Source: Styela clava (taxonomy: Eukaryota). From it: a stretch of 64,000 bases of DNA. Positions 48,648 through 62,225 of this stretch are shown here, one piece after another. The translations under genes and the position numbers were made by a program. The stretch lies in NCBI RefSeq assembly GCF_964204865.1, contig NC_135251.1, forward strand, positions 22,010,001-22,074,000, in the 5' to 3' direction. Below the pieces are notes generated by a model. The model was not told the origin of the DNA, did no database searches, and saw only the letters and a program-made list of their open reading frames with translations. Each line of letters opens with the position of its first letter. The stretch's first letter is position 1.

Positions 48648-51600
48648 TCAGTAAAATATTGTTCTAACAAGATGAAAAGGCAAATGATTAATTTTTTCGC
48701 GATGCTCACGGGCATAATCCCAAAGAAAATTGTCAACAGTAATAGAATTGACACCAGATAGTTTGCTCTCTTTAATGTCATCATCTGCCAATAATTTTCT
48801 CACTTGAGATGTTAATCTTTCAATTGCTTCTATTGATGAACCACGAATTTCCAATTCAAACCTAAAAAGGTAATCAGCATTGCAAAAAAAGGAAGGGAGA
48901 CATGTTTTTATAATAAGGTAAGAAAAATAAGCAATATAATACAGATTGAATGCACCCACCTATGTCCTGGTGGGAAAACGATTCTTTGTGAAAGAGCCTT
49001 CTTTAATTCTTCTGAATATTTTAAAATTTCAAAGTACTCTAGGCTTTGAGGTACTCTGTAATCTGCGAACATTGTGATTTCATCAATATTTGTGAATTCT
49101 CCCAGACCTTTTCCTGAAGTTATTACAAAGCAAGTTTATATGATATTATTCTGGGAATTTGGCATCTGTGAGAGACTTATATGTCAAAATCATATATAAC
49201 ATACCAAAATTTAATGTGTTAAAGAGACGTATTTTGACAAATAAAACACATTAACTATTTAAATACAGTTTACTATCAGCCATATTGGGCCGGTGGGGAA
49301 CAATACAACATAATCAAGAAATTAATTTAACATAAATTTTTGAGGGTGAAAAGAATAAAACTGTTCTCCCAACAAAATTGATATACTGTAAGTGGTAATT
49401 GACCAAACTGAAGAAAATTTTAAAACCCTAACCAAGAATACTCAAATGAGTCGACGCATAAAGAATAACAAAAACTACCAGTGCTTAACCTTCCTTAACA
49501 AAATTTAAGTTTACCTGTGGCCACTCAACCATAGTGTATCCAAACGTGACAAAATAATGAACGAACAAAACAAATAAATATGTATTTTAATAAACTTGTC
49601 ATGAATTTCGATCAATAATACATATGCTGCAACATAACAAAATTATGACCTCATAATGATGCTTATACAGATGCACTGGGTAATAAATGACCAGATCTAC
49701 ATCAGCATAATAAAATTCCAAACCAAACATATCCAAGTATAAATGATGCAATACTTAAAAACCCACTAAATAAATACTAACCTTCAAAGCAACACCAAAT
49801 ATCAGCTACTAAAATCTGAGCTCTTTTATAGAATGCAACTCTCTGATTTTGAAATACAGATTCATCTCGAAAACTTGGAAAATTCTCTACTACGAGATTC
49901 ATCAAAGTGACAGCATCTCTTTCACATTGCCTTAATTTAAAATTCATATCATTCAAGTGATAAATTACAGAAAACTCGTAACCAGTATTTAACTCCATCA
50001 TAAGTGAAATATTTCTTGCAAAAAATAAGGCAGGCGCTATACAAATAAAAACAATGTGAGTATATATATTTTTCATTATGAACAGAACTAGAACAAAGAA
50101 CAATATAAATGTTAGAACTAAGTTTTTTTTATTTATTCCTGTATCCATAGACACATTCTAAGAACTAAAACTGTTACCTAATGCAGTTGATGAAAGAACC
50201 ATTAAATTTCTCTAACAATACTCTTCCACTTTCCTTGAACCCTTCAAATCTTTTGTCCAACAATGGTATTTCAATCTGATTGAATGAATACAGTAATGTT
50301 GTTTTATACTTATCAACAGGTTTGAAAAGAGGACAATTTCATGTGTTTTGAATTGACGAATAAGGGAAGAACATGTAATGAGAATATCGGTCCGAAGACT
50401 TCATCCGCTCTTGCTTCATAGTGATACCGTGTGTCCCATCACTAATTAATTAATAACTCGCTAATTATACGACATAATTCATCCAAAATCAATAGGCTTC
50501 TGGTCCGAGATATGATGAATGCACATGCAATGCACAATTTGGAGCAGATTCAACCTCGCTTTCGTGAGATATCGCGTGCATCGCGTGCAAACAAACAGAC
50601 AGACAGCCAGACAAATACCTATCAACATACTTATCGAGATCGATAAGTAATAAGGATTTGCATACAGAAAGGATAAAACATTCATGTGAGATCTGTGATA
50701 TTGTACATATCTTGTTTACTTAGCTTACTTTGCTGAGTTTGATTTACAAGGCCAGGTACAAGGCAACACCAATATATGAAAACAATAAATATTATACTAT
50801 ATCATGTCAGCATCAACAGTTAACCAAAGATGATTCTAAATGGCAATAACCTTCGAAAGGAAAACCCCATAAACCATAACATATTCCAAATAATACATAC
50901 ATATCACGCTGCACCAATGATAAAATGCACAAATTACTTCTGTGTCTGATCTGAATATATCAGAAAATTCTTTTTTTTCAACTTCAGCCATGAATTCGGA
51001 ATCATAAACAGGTTTGCCTTCATCTTCGGCACGTTTTAATGCTGCCACTAAAGACCAATACCCCGTCCACAGCTTCCCTCCATACTTAACCTGAAATAAG
51101 TATAATCAATGAATTCAGATATTAGAAACAATTTCATCACCAACCAATACACTACTTACATGGGGTAAGAGTTATATTTATTCACAATGAAAAATAAACC
51201 ACCGGCAGTGTGTATCAAATATTGTTGAGGAAGGTATATTCAATAGGTTATAAACATTTATTATTGTAAAGAAAGACTAAATAGATGTTTTAGTATGGAC
51301 TATGTTTCTTTTTTACTGCTTTCTGTGATTGACACTGAACCACTGCAATATTAAAAGTTAATAGCATTTTCTATGGACTTTGTCTTTGAGAAGCAGCATA
51401 ACTTACAGCATATTTCTTTCCAGGAATATCAGGCCAAAATGAGAAGTTGAGAACATCAATTGCGAATATTATATCAATTGCTTTTTCATCAGCTACCTGT
51501 CACATGATAGAAGCATCAGTTAAATGAAATTGGTCCTGAACCCTTTTGAATCAATTCATATTTTTTCAATTGCAGCAACAATGAATTCACTGTATATCCA

Positions 51601-52081
51601 AGCATGTCTGAAAGATAACGAAACTCCAAATACTGTACCTATTTAGCCAATTTTTATGCATAAAAATCTGGTTAGTACTATGAATCATAGCACATGCCGT
51701 AATACTTTCATATCATGGATGGATAAAAATAGGAGCTGTTAATAAGATGTTAATCTGAATAGGACAAAATGGAATGGACATTCCAAGTTCCCACCTAAAT
51801 GATCTCCCATGGCTTATTTCATGAACCCATAATCAGGAATTTCAAGGGAACCAAATGTTATTGCACTGCCTCCTTGTCAAGTTAACAAACATCCCATATT
51901 GAAGAAACTATCTTACCTTTGGATGCAAAACATGATTTTTCCAACCTTTCAAAGAAAAATCATTTTGTTTGAATGCCTGCATAAGCACTTTAGCCGTCTC
52001 TGCTACTTTTTGATCATCAATAAATACATCTTCACAATGTGAAGCTATCAACTTTCCAGTTTTTCTAGGAGGTAAAGCCAT
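48648..52081 (-). CDS. QNG1: queuosine salvage protein / Q-nucleotide N-glycosylase (DUF2419, C9orf64), 7 exons (52081-51917, 51496-51407, 51090-50938, 50275-50178, 49930-49782, 49113-48960, 48861-48648), 340 aa
   Basis: MALPPRKTGKLIA...DVLNFSFW...TGYWSLVAALKRA...ENFPSFRDES...FYKRAQILVADIW...ITMFADYRVPQ...ELEIRGSSI...DNFLWDYA...PFHLVRTIFY. Phases are consistent and exons total 1023 nt. Confidence 0.94.
50380..50652 (-). mobile_element. DINE-1/HINE-like repeat in a QNG1 intron
   Basis: Reverse-complement match to 6576-6836 (gagaatatcgg...taataactcgctaattatacgacataat...ggcttctggtccgag...ggagcagattcaacc...acagacag). Confidence 0.7.
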
Positions 52082-52521
52082 CACCTATCTGTCGTATATT
52101 ATAACAGTGAAATTTACATCGATCATAACATAAGATATATTTGTAAGGATTTAATAAAATGAAATAAATTTGAACACTAACATGACAAAGAAAAACTTGA
52201 AAACAAATTATGTAAAATACAATTTCAATATCAACCAGTTTCCCTGGAGTATTTAATAACATCAATTTATTAAGAATATAGAAAATGACATTACTCATTA
52301 CCTTAAAAATAAGTTTAGAGACATATTTAAAGAAGTTGTATTGTACTGGAAACAATGAACAATTCCCTTTAGCAGCATGTTTTGTTTCATTTTTGTTTAC
52401 ATGTTTTTTCACATCATCAAAGAATATAGGTCTGATATTTAATGTCATGGGTCACCAAAACATGCCATAAAAAATATTGTAAAATTCATTAGAATTATTT
52501 CAACACATTAATAGGTTGGAT

Positions 52522-53032
52522 CAGGGTTTCCCAAACTTTTTGGGTCGCGGACCCTGTTTGTGAATCTAATTTTTGACGGACCGCCATCATATTCCATATC
52601 AATTTCTGTGCCTAACCAACAAGGGGGGATATCGTTTCATTTACAACACAAACGTCATTAATGTAATAGATGAAGTTGCATACAAAATCAGCATGCTGTT
52701 TTTCACTGCACAATTTATCAATTCTCAGGGCAATTTGTTACAAGCAAACTAGGTCTGACTCTACAGTAAGTCTCGAGCTGCATTTTGTCATTAACTGTTA
52801 AGAGCCGAAATTGCTGCCTCACACATGTAGGTCGTTGCAGAAGGCAATATAATTTTAATTTTTGACAGCAATGGATATTTGTCACATCGCTCAAACAAAA
52901 AGACGCGAAGGCTTTTTGACTGAAATCAATCATTAAAGATTGATCACACTCTTTTCATATCATTGCATTGCACCCCCTGTGCAGTTATCATGGACTCCCA
53001 GGGGTCCGTGGACCCCAGTTTGGGAAGCCCTG
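52522..53032. mobile_element. hAT MITE between ATG4 and QNG1
   Basis: TIR CAGGGTTTCCCAAACT / AGTTTGGGAAGCCCTG; TSD GGTTGGAT/GGTTAGAT (1 mismatch). Confidence 0.85.
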
Positions 53033-53533
53033 GGTTAGATGAAAAAAATCATAAGGCATCATAAACAATTCATGAATATACACATAGGCATGTATAAAGT
53101 TGTAAAGAAAAGCACACCATTTTAAGTAAACTTGAAAAATTAAGACCTGCTACATAATATAATTCTACATCTGAGATATTTCCGACCGGGTAAACCGAAT
53201 AGTTTACACCAGGGGTGGGCATTTAAGACCGTACTGCAAAGTTTATATGCAATCAGTCCATATTTAAATGTGAAATGGTGGAAAATAGAATCATAAAGAA
53301 ACAGTCTCAATTTATCAGGCCGCGATATCATGGCTAATTATTTTATACTCTAAGAGGATTGTCGAGTTGCACAAGAAAGTAGAGTATTTCTCAATTAACA
53401 AAAGCGTATCTAAAATGTGCTCAGGGAACACAAATTTAAATTTAGTAAAATGTACTTTTTGGTCAGAATATCATGAAAAAGTCCAATCGTTCAGAATAAA
53501 AATAATTACATATGAAATTTGTAAAGTCTCTTT

Positions 53534-54772
53534 TCATAAAATCTCTAGAATCTCAAATTCCTCATCAACATCATCCAAATCTTCATCAGAATCGAGGGTT
53601 AAACATGCATTTTCATCCTCCGTCATATCTCCAGTTCTTTTTTTAAAAAGGTTATGAGCCGACACAGAAACCACTTTTGATTCTACTACAGTACATGTTG
53701 GAAATGATTCAACAACACCAAATAATGGTAAGCTTTCTTTAGATGACTTCTGTGTTTTTACTCTCTCACATATTCCTTCAAATTCTTTCTTAGTTTTGCA
53801 TAGAAATCCTAACGCTAAAGAAGGATCAAGGTGGGACATTGGCATTTTACTAGGATACTCGCAATGATAAGAATTGTCATGTTCTATTTCAACTATTTTA
53901 TCATCCCATACAGCAGCTGGTTGGGTAGTATGTGGGTCAAGGAAGACCATGTAATCAGTGTTTGTATGTCCAATAAAATAATATGCATGATTGGGCTTTC
54001 CACCAATTATTCCAACACTTTCTTTCCAAGTTAAACATTCCTTGATATTTTCAAAATATACTGGATTTATCTCTGATAGTCCAAGTCGTAGTGGAATAAA
54101 TAAAACTAAAGGTTTCCATATTTTGGCTGTATTTGTACGACACGATGATGAAGGTTGATCTTCCTGTTCATTAGAGATAGAGAACGAAGTTGCACTGTTT
54201 TCAACTGAAGAGTTCAGACATAATTTTTCCACATCTTTCGTGCATATTGTGTTGTCCATCGCAACATAAACAGTGATGTCATTTTTGTTATCAAATGCAG
54301 ACAATTTTTTTAGGACCTGAGCAATCGTGTTCGGGCCAAACCATTGACCGACTTCTTTTCCTTCTTGCACTCCCATTTGTGCAATTTGATGTATTGAGTA
54401 ACAACTTGTTCGTTCATCTGCAAAATCTTTCAATACTTCATAATATTTAGACGACTGAAGTTCGTTTGGTCGCCACTTCCATTGTGGAGACATTTTTAAC
54501 CTAAGCAAAGTTTGAGCCAGCATCATTTGGCCGCAGCGCAACATACATCCCCAACCTGAATCACTGGTTGGTCCTGTCCCACCAATCGAATCAAATCCTT
54601 TTCGATATGTAAACCATAGTTTGGATTTTGCTGCCTCGCAAAACTGTTCTCTATCATTTGGCAGGACATATTTTTTCCCCATTAACCAAATAATTTCATT
54701 GTCTGTCCACGAATCTTCTTTTGACAAAACATTTTCATATGTTAAGCAAGAAAAATTGGAGTCGCCTTCCAT
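53534..54772 (-). CDS. ATG4B: cysteine protease ATG4 (ATG4A/B type), intronless CDS
   Basis: 412 aa: LWFTYRKGFDSIGGTGPTSDSGWGCMLRCGQMM (catalytic Cys), GQWFGPNT, FLDPH (Asp/His), C-terminal LIR EEFEIL. The A/B paralogue label is approximate. Confidence 0.93.
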   Translation of the reverse strand: MEGDSNFSCLTYENVLSKEDSWTDNEIIWLMGKKYVLPNDREQFCEAAKSKLWFTYRKGFDSIGGTGPTSDSGWGCMLRCGQMMLAQTLLRLKMSPQWKWRPNELQSSKYYEVLKDFADERTSCYSIHQIAQMGVQEGKEVGQWFGPNTIAQVLKKLSAFDNKNDITVYVAMDNTICTKDVEKLCLNSSVENSATSFSISNEQEDQPSSSCRTNTAKIWKPLVLFIPLRLGLSEINPVYFENIKECLTWKESVGIIGGKPNHAYYFIGHTNTDYMVFLDPHTTQPAAVWDDKIVEIEHDNSYHCEYPSKMPMSHLDPSLALGFLCKTKKEFEGICERVKTQKSSKESLPLFGVVESFPTCTVVESKVVSVSAHNLFKKRTGDMTEDENACLTLDSDEDLDDVDEEFEILEIL

Positions 54773-55666
54773 GTCTAGATATGCAATTACATATAGTATG
54801 CAGGTAAGGTATGCAACTACAGAACTAGGAATGAATGTAGATGTAAGTTAAGATGGAGGAGTACTAGGATTCTCCACAATTACCCTGAGGGGAAGAAAGT
54901 GGAATAGACGACCTAATTGGGTCAATGCCTACTGGCACACCTTATTCTCTCGCCGGGGCTGCATTTCAGATTACAGGATTACTGTAAGCAATTACCTTGT
55001 CTGCAATGAATAGATCAGTATGCTCCCGTTTACAGGTTTATGCAATCATTGAAACATCTAATCGCAGATTTATTACTCGTTTTTCGCAATGATTAATTGA
55101 AGAAAACACATAAGGAAAAACATTAAACAAAGACTCTGATAATCTTCCATAATAATTTCGAAGTGATCAGGACTGTTAAATAACAATCTTAATTCTTATA
55201 TCCTTTTTTGAAGTTAAGTGACTGAACTACAGAACTAGGTGCGCTATGATAGTTTATTTCAACTCTAGCTCCTACAAGTGCGATTACTTCAGAGACGAGC
55301 AAAATAAATCAACGTTTTTTTTAAATATCCCAGTGCCAATAAAGAATATAATAATTTTGTATTTTTTGTCCATATAACAGTGTATTAGATAGTTTTGGAT
55401 GCCAATTCTAATTTAGGTTAATATTGAGTTCGGAATACAATTGCATTATTTGAATTCCGTTTAGGTGGAGAAAAATAAGTATACAATACCCATACAAAAA
55501 TTACAAAATATTTCACACATTCAATATCAGCAATTCATTGTAGTTCCAATAGAGTCGATCGTTGTCCCAAATGTCATCATGGTGAAGATTATAGGATATG
55601 TTTTATATTAGCATGGAAAAACAAAATTTATAAAGATTAGCCAGCTAATTTGAATGGGGTACCTAT

Positions 55667-57739
55667 TAGGGTTAGTTCGGATACCTATAATTTTTATTAT
55701 CCGCATAACGGATATAACCGGGTATTCTGTATTTTAAATATCCGGTTAACCAGATAGTTGCTGCCGATTTCGCACGATTTTAGCGGCGAATTGACCAAAA
55801 ACCACCACACAGTTCTATTGTAAATACTCACATATGTATTATTTTCCTTGAATAAGAATGATTGTGCATTTTAATATTGAATGTGTCAATAAATGATAAT
55901 TTAAGTTATGTAATCGTACCGATGTACAGCGGAATAATAAAATGAAACATGTTTTGAAAATATTGTGTCCTAATTATTTTTTCCCCGACTGCTAAGTTAT
56001 TTTCTCCTATTCAAATAATATGTAAAGATTTATATTATTTCTAATTTATTGTTAATTTTTTTAAAAGCTTCTTTTGTGTCTAGAGCCTCTTTTCATTAAA
56101 TTTTGACTCGTACTAAATTTTAGTGTCGCAGACTCACAATGATCATTTCTGATCATCCGCACCTTCCTATCAATTGCAATGAAATTTAATATTGTCATGT
56201 ATAGTATTTTGTGTTCTATAATATTTTGTGATTTCTTGCACGACGAAATAAACTTTGTTAATATATACCACAAGAGCATACATATAAATGAAAACACGAT
56301 CACAAAAAATCGTGCATTTCGAACATTTGATTTCGTTGAGAGAAGTATCCAAAAAAAAATAGAATATAGGGGGGACCACTTCCGTGAAGTGTATAAAAAA
56401 TATAAGTAATCTGAACAAAAATTTTAATAACAAAGCAAATTGATGGTTTTGAAAATACCAAAGTGGTCAGGAATTTCTTCTAATTTGAAAACTTCACTTA
56501 TTTAACATGTCACTGTAAATATTCTCACGTTTGTACTAATTAGGCCACAACTTCAAATCTATTTCCATTCGAATATCTTTTAAACTAAATTAACAGAGCC
56601 AAAACAATGCTGCGCCAGTTTTTGAACAACTTTACTTACCACCCTCAATGAGTAAATGAAAAACATGACACGATACAAAGTCTGTCAGATTAAACTTTGC
56701 TGAAATATTATAGACCATTTTACAAACAAACTTGTTTGGGAAAGTTCCATGAAAACCATAAATGTAATAACAGCCCTTCCTCCTCTTTTTAAAATTTTTG
56801 AAAACGTCACTAAGGCGGTCGAATTTTACTGGCTAATTTTGTCATCATCGCCGATCGTTTTCTTTATTTGGGGAGTTAATATCGGCATTATGCCAGTTTT
56901 AATTTGAAAAGAAGTTACATTCCGTGACAAGTTACCCTTGTTGTAAATTCAGTAAATACGATTATTACGAAATTTTGGCGATTCAACAGCGCCTAAAACA
57001 GAGTTTTTTTTATCTATCACTGGCTCATAAATCAAGAGTCGTGATATTTTCCTTAGCATTTACTTCCTTATTTTCAGTCAAAAATGTGTGCTTCAGATCT
57101 ACTCTCTTAACGATAGATAGATACGACGATAGATAACATACTGCGCCATTTCAATTCCAGGCGAAATAATACAATTATCCGCGTTATATACCGATGAGAC
57201 TGAACCCGACTTTTCTCCCGAAAAGCTAATTAATCTGCATTTATTGTACTAAATAAATTATGCTCATTGGAATTGCAATAATAACTCAAATTTGATGAAT
57301 TTGCAAAATCGCAAAAATACGAAATTGGATTTATTTGTGCAGCTTACCACTTATTTTCATATCTAGAGTAGAAATGCTTTTATTTTAACGTAAGTCGGGC
57401 TCTTCTATAACGCAAATACGCAATAATCACATTTTTCTGCATGTTTTGTGATGTAATAGTCAAGTTCACTCCAGCATTACACGGATGACTAAAATATAGG
57501 CAGAGTAGTGTGGATATTAGTGATTATTATATGCTCTGAGAGATGTCAGTGGCCACTCAACAAAAAATATAAAAATCACTAATGCGCATATGCATTATTT
57601 ATACTGCTCTATTATCCGGTTAATCGTTACAATAATATCCGGATATCAGATAGCAAAATACCTCTTGGTTAACCGGTTATCAGATAGCAAAATACCTCTT
57701 GGTTAACCGGTTAACCGCTACTCGGATAATCCAACCCTA
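55667..57739. mobile_element. non-autonomous hAT element (TAGGGTT termini)
   Basis: TAGGGTTAG.../...CCAACCCTA with perfect 8-bp TSD GTACCTAT (55659-55666, 57740-57747). Subterminal ATCCGG/GGTTAACCGG repeats, including a tandem duplication at ~57645-57712. Confidence 0.85.
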
Positions 57740-57812
57740 GTACCTATCATGACAAGAGGATTTTACTATTTCCTGTCTACTGGTCTATGTAAAAGGTTTT
57801 ATTCATATCTAA

Positions 57813-59860
57813 TCAGTAATCAGTAATCAGTAATTTATTTTATCACCAAGAAATACACACTGTACATACAGAACGAGATAAGAAAAGAGAGGAAAATAAT
57901 GCATTTCAGGGTGAAAGGGGACGCGATAAACCAGCATTGGTTATCGAGCAACGACACCTATGAATAGTCTAACATTGGGTTATACAAGAACAAAAATCGA
58001 ACTAAATACAGTACTAAAGTGAGGAGTCGGACGCTAAAATACTAACATTGGCAGAAATATGTTCAAAAAGACCGGATATTTCCGGACTCACTAAGCAAAC
58101 GACTCCGAACGCCGACTGGCAGATAACCATGACAACTACGGCACAAATACGGTAACGTCTAAGTGACTGGAGCACCATATTGCAAGCTGAGTTGGACGGT
58201 ACCGGCACTGTGCTGATGCATGGTTCATAAAGGCTGGGGACGAATTTGTACACGAGGATAATATGAAGAGAGAAAAAAGAATAAAATGTATCTACAGGTT
58301 TGGGCAACAGATTAAGAGATCACTAAACCAGGTAATTGCATTGAGTTACATTACTTACAAATAGTCATTTTGTGTGGCATAAATATAACTAATTTCAGAA
58401 TTTTAAATCACAACGGTTCTGAAGTGCGATCGAATAGGTCATGTAGAATATAGAAATCATTGAATTAAAAAAATGTATATACACAACAGTTCAATAGGAC
58501 GGTTCATGCAGAATTTATGTCAATAAATTACATAAATTTAAAGTCACAGCAGTACAATAGCCTACTATGATAAGGCAATTCATGCAGAATATATAAGTCA
58601 CTCAATTATAAAAATGAAAAATTCACCGAATTACAAACATATAAAATAAATATACTAATAGTATGGGTCAGTCGGACAGCTGTAGTAGCTGATCAACATA
58701 ATCCTATTTTGGCCTAGACTGTGCTGTCAAATCTACTGGAACCAGAATCCTGGCATATGCTGCCTCTAATTTTAGAGACATTTTGTTTTTTGAAAAAGCG
58801 TAAATGTACCTCCACATATATCTGTGAGGGCATAAGTGAGTCAGTATATTAACAATATATATCAATAAAAGTATTTTAAGTAGATATCCGAAAAATTTGC
58901 CAAATAAACATTGATAATTCCGTTTATTAAGAATAGTAAAATGTTTATTACAGGTTACTTGGACTCGAGGACTGTGGATCAAGTCGAGTAAACTCATTGT
59001 ATGATCAAGTAATCCTGGAGAATTCACTTTGCAAATTCAACTGGACCGGTAGGTGGAAATCATGAGTTTTTTATACTCTATTTTGAAAGCGGCATAAGAC
59101 GAATCACGTAGGGTTTGGGGTAGGTTATTCCAAATTCGCACACCTATGAATTTGAGGGACTTTTGGGATTTGGCAAGTGAGAAGCGAGGAACAAAGTAGT
59201 TACGCCTTGTTGAAGAACGAGTGTTATGTTCATGCACTGAACTTAGCGTGACAAAATAATTGTCAAAAGCTGCTGGTAATTGATTGTTTTGAAATTGATG
59301 CATAATTTTTGAGATTTCTAGTTTATAGATGTCAGTCAATTTAAGCACTCTAGTTTTATGGTATGAATAATTTAAATTCGAACGATATGGTGCTCTAGCG
59401 AGGATTCTAACGGCTCTATTCTGTAAAACCTCTAATCTATGCATGTTGGACTGAGTTGTAGAGCCCCAAGCAGCTATGGCATATTGTATATGAGATTGAA
59501 AAAGTGCAAAGTAAACGGTTCTCAAGGTGGAATTTTGTAAATAATTTTTTAGCTTTCCTAAAATCCCTACGGATCTTGACAGTTTTCTATGGATTTCGGT
59601 GGTGTGTGTATTCCATTTTAACTGACTATCAATGTGGAGCCCAAGATATTTATAAGACGAGACTATTTCCAATTCGGAGCCTTTAATTTTTATTGAAAAA
59701 TTCATATGTCTAATGCGAGAATTTGGACTGAATAACATGACTTTAGATTTATCTATATTTACTGTAAGTTTATTGCATGTCATCCAGTCATGTATTTTAT
59801 TTATTTCAGTGTTCACCTTATTTTGTAATGTGGTCAAATCTGTCGCACTGGCAAGCATTG
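57813..59860 (-). mobile_element. 5'-truncated CR1/L2-type non-LTR retrotransposon
   Basis: Open 273-aa RT C-terminal frame 59858-59037 (W...NKLTVNIDKSKVMLF...YKYLGLHIDSQLKW...H...LQNRAVRIL), ~1.2-kb 3' UTR, short-unit tandem tail ((TAATCAG)n on +) at ~57810-57833, TSD ATATCTAA (57805-57812, 59861-59868). Confidence 0.88.
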
Positions 59861-61524
59861 ATATCTAACTAATATTCAACAGAATCCAGCAAAAACCCAG
59901 CTGATAATATCCTATAAAACTAAGGTAATGTTAACACGTCAATCGTCGTCGACATCACAAAGAACAGAAGAATACATGGGGAAATACCGGTAATGGCGAA
60001 ATCGGTTCAGCGACCAAGTTTGCAACTCGTGACAGTACACCTAACAAGCCCTCCAACGTTGCAACAACCCAAATTATCTAAATATTTATTTATTATTTTT
60101 ATTTCTATGGTTCACTCAATGAGTGATTTTGAATAAATATAAAATAAATCGGCTAATGCTAAAAATAAACATACGGTAAGAGTCGAAACGTCACAACTCA
60201 CAAACGAAGTGAAAATAACCTTTAACCCGCCAGTCGCTGTTCAATCATGGTCGTACTTAAAATATAATTACGGTTCAATCGTTGTTGAGAGATTGATTGA
60301 TATACAGTAATTAGTTCAATCGCTCTAGTAAGTAAGTGTAAGTGTTTATTTCGATTTTCCGTTACAACAAAACAAATAGACAATACAGGGCAAAACAAAC
60401 AAATGTACGGAAAATCAGGAAAGTGGGCAAAATCTAAAAAAGATTTAAGACGTGCTGGTGCACGTGCCCATTTACCCCACACAGCAAACAACACATTGAA
60501 GTAAATTTAAAAAAAAAAGAGAGACACGAAAAATAATCCGGGCGTAAATACTTGACTGTGAATGTGGAGTTTCAACATGGAGTGTAATTTATACTATATC
60601 TGTACAAGGGACTAGCGAGAATTGTAGAACACAACAAACAAACAAGCGGTGCGCAATATGAGATAAAATTTACTTGATTACAAATGCACTCAACTAATAG
60701 TCTACCGGACGATAAACAACAATAATAAAAACAGCGTAAAAGTAAACAACAACAAACCAAGTAAAATATGACAAGAGCATTCCACGCCCTGGCGTTCCAA
60801 CTTTAGTTTTAATCAAAATTCATGTGGTTTGTGTAAGTAGGCTAGTCTTTTTTATGGAATCCATCATCAAATATCCGTTACATTTGACGTTTGACTGTTC
60901 GTGTTATTCCCAGCTTCGTTCTCCATGATAAACTCCACGCAGGCAGCATGATCTGATGTGAACTGATCCTTATCGTTTCGGTACTATATCCAACAGCATC
61001 GTTTTGATTTAAGTTTGTATGTATCTTCTCAGTAGGGTTTATATTCGTCCGGCTTTCCAAGTTTTCGTCCAAATATTTCTTACTACTGAAACCATAGACT
61101 ACTGAGCTCACATTCATAAATATTTAAGTGTTACCAAACAGATATTTCTACCGAGTTGGTTGTATGTATTCTTGCAGGGGACGGTTCGCCCTGTTATTCA
61201 TTATTTACAGATTTAGGTGCTTACAGAATTCAGCTATTTCAATATTTGGCGTTAGCTTAACTAAACATTCACTGCACTGTATTTTCATAAAAATCCGTAC
61301 TATTGTCTTTTTTTTAACATTGTTTTGTGGAAATAAAATCTAGCTTTCGCATGTTATTTGGAAGTACATGTGAGGATGGCAATTAAAGGTATATAATTTT
61401 TATTTTACCATTAATATTTTAATTCCAAACAAATTCCAGAATTTAAAAGGTAAAGTGATTGACTGTAGATTTTCAAATATTATTGCTTTTTGTGTTATTA
61501 AAAAGGGCTCAAATTGTCTTGTGG

Positions 61525-62225
61525 AAAAAATTTCATTCATGAAGTATAGTATAGGCAGTTCTGACGAAAATAATTCATGGAAAATTATGGCGAAAAATAT
61601 GGCAACTATCATAGAGAAAAATAATCAGGCACTTGCGAAATTGGCCATGTCTCCACAAGTCTCGATCGTTTTATACTAAAAAGACATAAATTCAATCATA
61701 CTATATGCCTATATTTGGTTTTTGTCTTCTAAGGTTAGCATAAACATTGGGAAATGAGTTTTTCCAAAGTGACTAAAATTTTACAAGTGCCTGGTTTTTT
61801 TGAATTTGCGATCAGTCTTGCCATATTTTTCGACTAATATTTCACGTCCAAATAGATTCAAAAAGTGAAGTGAGTCACCATAGATTACCAAAGAGTATTG
61901 CTCCTTGTGTTGTTGAAAATGCACAAATTATCTTAGAATAGCAAATTTCATTTAGAAAAAAAATATATAGTAAGTTATGATGAAAATAATTCATAGCAAA
62001 GTATAGAGAAAAAATATGGCAACTGTCATTTAGAATGAAAAATCAGGCACTTGCTAAATTTGACACATCTCCACCTCTCAAATTCGGTTTTGTTCTTTAT
62101 CATAAAGTTGTAAATTCAATCATACAAAATGTGTATATTTATTATAAGTACAGAAGTAATTAGAAACTTTGGGAAATAGGTTTTTACAAGTGCATGATTT
62201 TTTTATTTAGCGTTGCCATATTTTA
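61525..62225. repeat. degenerate tandem repeat (~418-bp period) of an internally palindromic unit
   Basis: AAAATATGGCAA...AATCAGGCACTTG...CAAGTGC.TG.TT...TTGCCATATTTT at 61593-61830 and 62011-62224. Confidence 0.7.

Noticed and set aside
61376-61390. ATGGCAATTAAAG/GT as LEPROT-like exon 1
   Set aside because: Phase 1 is incompatible with the phase-2 acceptor at 63358; 62528-62562 fits.
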